Source: Acidimicrobiia bacterium (GTDB lineage: Bacteria > Actinomycetota > Acidimicrobiia > Spongiisociales > Spongiisociaceae). Taken from it: a stretch of 60,337 nucleotides of DNA. Under the pieces are notes generated by a model, which did no database searches, was not told where the DNA came from, and saw only the letters and a program-made list of their open reading frames with translations. The position numbers and the translations under genes were made by a program. Position 1 is the first letter of the stretch, and each line of letters starts with the position of its first letter. The stretch lies in the NCBI GenBank assembly GCA_041576165.1, contig JBFGLM010000030.1, forward strand, positions 1 through 60,337, in the 5' to 3' direction. Shown here piece by piece: positions 57,306 through 60,337 of the stretch.

Positions 57306-59210
57306 ATGCCAACCCGTATCACGAGCCGGCGCCGGTCATGGCTTGCGCTGCTGATGGCGCTGGCGCTCATGCTGGCGTTGATGCCACCGGCCACCGCCGG
57401 GGCCGACGACGATGACGACGATGACGACGTCGAGTTCTGGCTCACGATCCTGCACAACCACGACGGCGAGTCGGAGCTGCTTGCCTCTGACGTGGAGGAT
57501 GCAGAGGGCAACGTCATCGGGACCGAGGGCGGGGTGGCATTCTTCGCCACCGTATTGAAGGATGCGCGCAGAGCGGCGAAGCAGATGCCGGACGACGACG
57601 ACGATGACCACGACGACGATGCCAAGCGCGGTTCGATGTTCGTATCATCGGGCGACAATTTCCTAGCCAGCCCATCGTTCACCGCCAGCGTCGCCGATGG
57701 AATCTTTTACGACGCAGTTGCTCTCGATCGGTTGCGATACGACGCAATCATCATCGGCAACCACGACTTCGACTTCGGCCCAGAGCTGCTGGCCGACTTC
57801 ATCTCCGAAGGGTTCAGAAAGCCGGGTAGGCCGCCTTATCTCAGCGCCAACCTCGACTTCAGCGGCGAGCCGACTCTCCAAGCGCTGGTCGACGACGGTG
57901 TTATTGCGGCCAGCACTGTGGTGAAGATCAGAGGTGAGAAGTTCGGCGTCGTCGGCGCCACCACCGAAAACCTTCCGTTCATCTCGTCCCCCCGTAACGT
58001 CGTCGTGAATGCAGTGCAACCGGCCGCCCAAGCGGAGATCGACGCCTTGGAGGCGAAGGGCATCGACAAGATCATCTTCGTATCCCACCTCCAAGACATC
58101 GACGGGGACATCGCCCTGGCCGGTCTGCTGAGCGGTGTGGACGTAATGGTGGCCGGAGGCGGTGACGAACTCCTCGCCAACCCGGACGATCTGTTGTTGC
58201 CAAGCGACGCACCCGGCGATGTGTTCGGTCCCTATCCGCTCTCGGCGACCACCGCCGACGGCGCCAACATTCCGGTTGTTACGACCTCGGGCCAGTACGG
58301 CTATTTGGGCAATCTGGTCGTGGGCTTTGACGACGGCGGAAATGTCGTGACGATCGATGGAGATCGGAGCGGACCGATCCGAGTAGTCAGCGAATCGATC
58401 GGTCCCGATGGGGTGAAGCCCAATAGGTTCCTGAACAGGAAGGTCGTGGAGCCGGTCGAAGCCTTCGTGGCGGATCTGGCCGCGACCGTCATCGCCAACT
58501 CGGAAGTGGCGCTGGACGGAACCCGAGGCTCGATCCGGAGCGTGGAGACCAACGAGGGCAACCTGATCGCCGACGCCCTGCGGTGGCAGGCGGAACAGAG
58601 CGCAGCAGAGTTCGGGGTCCCGGTGCCTGATGTCGCTTTGCAGAACGGCGGAGGAATCCGGAACGATTCAATCATCCCGGCCGGTCCCATAACGGAGCTG
58701 GATACCTTCGACATGGTGCCGTTCCCCAACTTCTTGACCGTATTTCCGGCGATCAGCCGGGCGCAGTTCAAGGAGATCCTGGAGAACGCCGTGTCGCGGA
58801 TCGATCCGCCGGCACTCCCCGGTGGCACGGGCCGATTCGCGCAAGTCTCGGGCTTCAGCTTCACGTTCGACACGGCAGGTACGCCTTACTGTCAGGACAC
58901 GGTGAACTGCACAGCGGTGTCCACCGGTTCGAGAGTGACCGAAGTCGAGCTGGACGACGGCACCGTGCTCGTGACCGGTGGTGCAGTGGTCGCCGGACCC
59001 GATATCACGGTTGCCACCATCGACTTCCTCGCCCGGGGCGGGGATGAGTATCCGTTCGGCATGGCGCCATTCACGGTGCTCGGATCGAGCTACCAGCAGG
59101 CGCTGTCGAACTACATACAGGCGCCAACCGCTGACGGCGGTTTGGGCGGCACGATCACGGCTGCCCAATATCCCGAGGGAGGTCAGGGGCGGATCACGCA
59201 GCTGCCGTAG
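57306..59210 (+). CDS. Secreted bifunctional metallophosphatase/5'-nucleotidase with poly-Asp tracts
   Basis: Signal peptide; HNHDGES, SGDNF, GNHDFD, SHL; NGGGIR, PFPN, FAQVSG, GGDEY; AAGGAGG RBS. Confidence 0.92.
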   Translation: MPTRITSRRRSWLALLMALALMLALMPPATAGADDDDDDDDVEFWLTILHNHDGESELLASDVEDAEGNVIGTEGGVAFFATVLKDARRAAKQMPDDDDDDHDDDAKRGSMFVSSGDNFLASPSFTASVADGIFYDAVALDRLRYDAIIIGNHDFDFGPELLADFISEGFRKPGRPPYLSANLDFSGEPTLQALVDDGVIAASTVVKIRGEKFGVVGATTENLPFISSPRNVVVNAVQPAAQAEIDALEAKGIDKIIFVSHLQDIDGDIALAGLLSGVDVMVAGGGDELLANPDDLLLPSDAPGDVFGPYPLSATTADGANIPVVTTSGQYGYLGNLVVGFDDGGNVVTIDGDRSGPIRVVSESIGPDGVKPNRFLNRKVVEPVEAFVADLAATVIANSEVALDGTRGSIRSVETNEGNLIADALRWQAEQSAAEFGVPVPDVALQNGGGIRNDSIIPAGPITELDTFDMVPFPNFLTVFPAISRAQFKEILENAVSRIDPPALPGGTGRFAQVSGFSFTFDTAGTPYCQDTVNCTAVSTGSRVTEVELDDGTVLVTGGAVVAGPDITVATIDFLARGGDEYPFGMAPFTVLGSSYQQALSNYIQAPTADGGLGGTITAAQYPEGGQGRITQLP

Positions 59211-59448
59211 CGGCGGACGACCGATGGGCTCGGGTGCTCCGGCGCCCGAGCCCCAACCGAGCCGGCGGTCGGCACCGGCAACCTGAACAGCGCAGAGTCC
59301 GGCGTCTCCCGGCGACGAACGCACTGCTCAAGCTGAATGCCGGAGATCCGGATGTAGCTATGTGTGTGGGTTTCCGGACTTCGGCGGTCCGTTACGACCC
59401 CGCTCGTGGTCGCGTCAACTTGTAGCGGCGAAGAGGAAGCGCATAACA

Positions 59449-59481
59449 ACCGGGGGTGGATCGTTCCGATCCACCCCCGGT
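59449..59481. repeat. Perfect 15-bp-arm inverted repeat
   Basis: accgggggtggatcg-ttc-cgatccacccccggt. Confidence 0.8.
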
Positions 59482-59582
59482 CAACGTCACGACGTGCCAC
59501 CTCACTGCCGTCGAGACTCCACAGGCCCGGGGCCGAGACCACAGACCCGCCGCGAGGCCGTCGTGGTCGGTATCGTCGAGGC

Positions 59583-59830
59583 ATGCGGGATGAGCGGCTC
59601 CGCTCGGGCGAGCTGATGGCGGCGCTGCCTGTTGCCATGGATCTCGGTTGGGTCAGCCGCTCGATTACGTACTGCGCTGCGCTTTCGTCAGCAGCCGCTT
59701 CGCCGAGCTCGCCGGCGCGACGGAGCCAATCGGTCTGCCGTCTTCTACTTGTCCTTGTTGCACCACCTGGCGTGCGCGTCAACCGCCAGTGAGGAGGCGG
59801 CCCAATTCGGCAGCGAATTCCTCGCGCCCG
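59583..59830 (+). pseudogene. Frameshifted N-terminal remnant of an HD-GYP(-LuxR) type regulator
   Basis: Three frames join as MRDERLRSGELMAALPVAMDLG / LGQPLDYVLRCAFVSSRFAELAG / RSAVFYLSLLHHLAC.STASEEAAQFG, matching the ELxxALSxAxDLGxGQP...YYxxLLxxxGC pattern. Confidence 0.65.
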
Positions 59831-60337
59831 AGGGCCTGTGCCGCGTCGGGCTATGAGTTCGATCCAGGCTGAGGCAGGCATAGCGATACTGCAGAGAAGA
59901 CCCAGACGTTGCGGGTGAAGCCGGCCGCGTCGGCGTCGTTCTCGGCAATCAACAGCGACAGCGCCGAACACCCAGCACCGGGGGGGTACGAACGCTATGA
60001 GCCGGATGACCGGGAGGGCGGTATGACCTGCCAGCCGATCAGGGCTCGCCAGAAATCATCGGCCGCGATCGGGCGACCGCCTGCGGTCGCCCGACACCGG
60101 CGTTTTGAGGGTCTGGGGGCGGCCGCAGCGGACCCTGTCTGATCACATCGAGCAGACAGACCTGCCAGGCGTTTCTCGATGTGGGATCAGGATTGCTCCT
60201 ACGACTCCGGTCGCACCCTTGAGTGAACCCAAACCAGCCCTCCAAGGCGCGGCTCTGATGACACTCCTAGGGGAGTTTGCGGCTCCGAGCCAATTTGGAG
60301 GCCGGGCGCGGCCCGAGCCCGCGATTCAAACACGGGC

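Overview
High-GC actinobacterial DNA, most consistent with class Acidimicrobiia (inferred from the SLH-domain type, a WhiB7, a TCGAAC-N4-GTTCGA SOS box, F420-type enzymes and many leaderless genes). About 43 CDSs; no rRNA, tRNA, CRISPR array or transposase recognised. Ordinary content: DapA-fold aldolase (cut by the window edge), M20 amidohydrolase, two secreted 5'-nucleotidases, hydrolases, fabH, a group-2 sigma-70, a MacAB-like ABC operon, a sensor kinase, zwf/gnd/HAD, a GH57 amylopullulanase with a sugar-binding lipoprotein, TrpB2, acyl-CoA dehydrogenase and three MFS transporters. The best candidate for an undescribed system is 16.4-21.95 kb: a TPR-CHAT (caspase-fold) protease divergent from a cytoplasmic S8 subtilase, an ECF sigma factor and a small putative anti-sigma. 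The subtilase carries six tandem AY(F/L)ANP hexapeptides between prodomain and catalytic domain, and a shared GTATCA-N15-RCTC motif lies both before the subtilase and before an unannotated short transcript downstream of the CHAT gene. Also notable: whiB7 with an unannotated uORF attenuator and autoregulatory-type promoter, a LexA-boxed radical SAM gene with a mini-intein inside its CxxxCxxC motif, an aceK, Pnkp-kinase/LLM and YukD/LysM fusions, a tandem HExxH protein and two frameshifted remnants. All calls were made by eye from motifs; no database searches were run.
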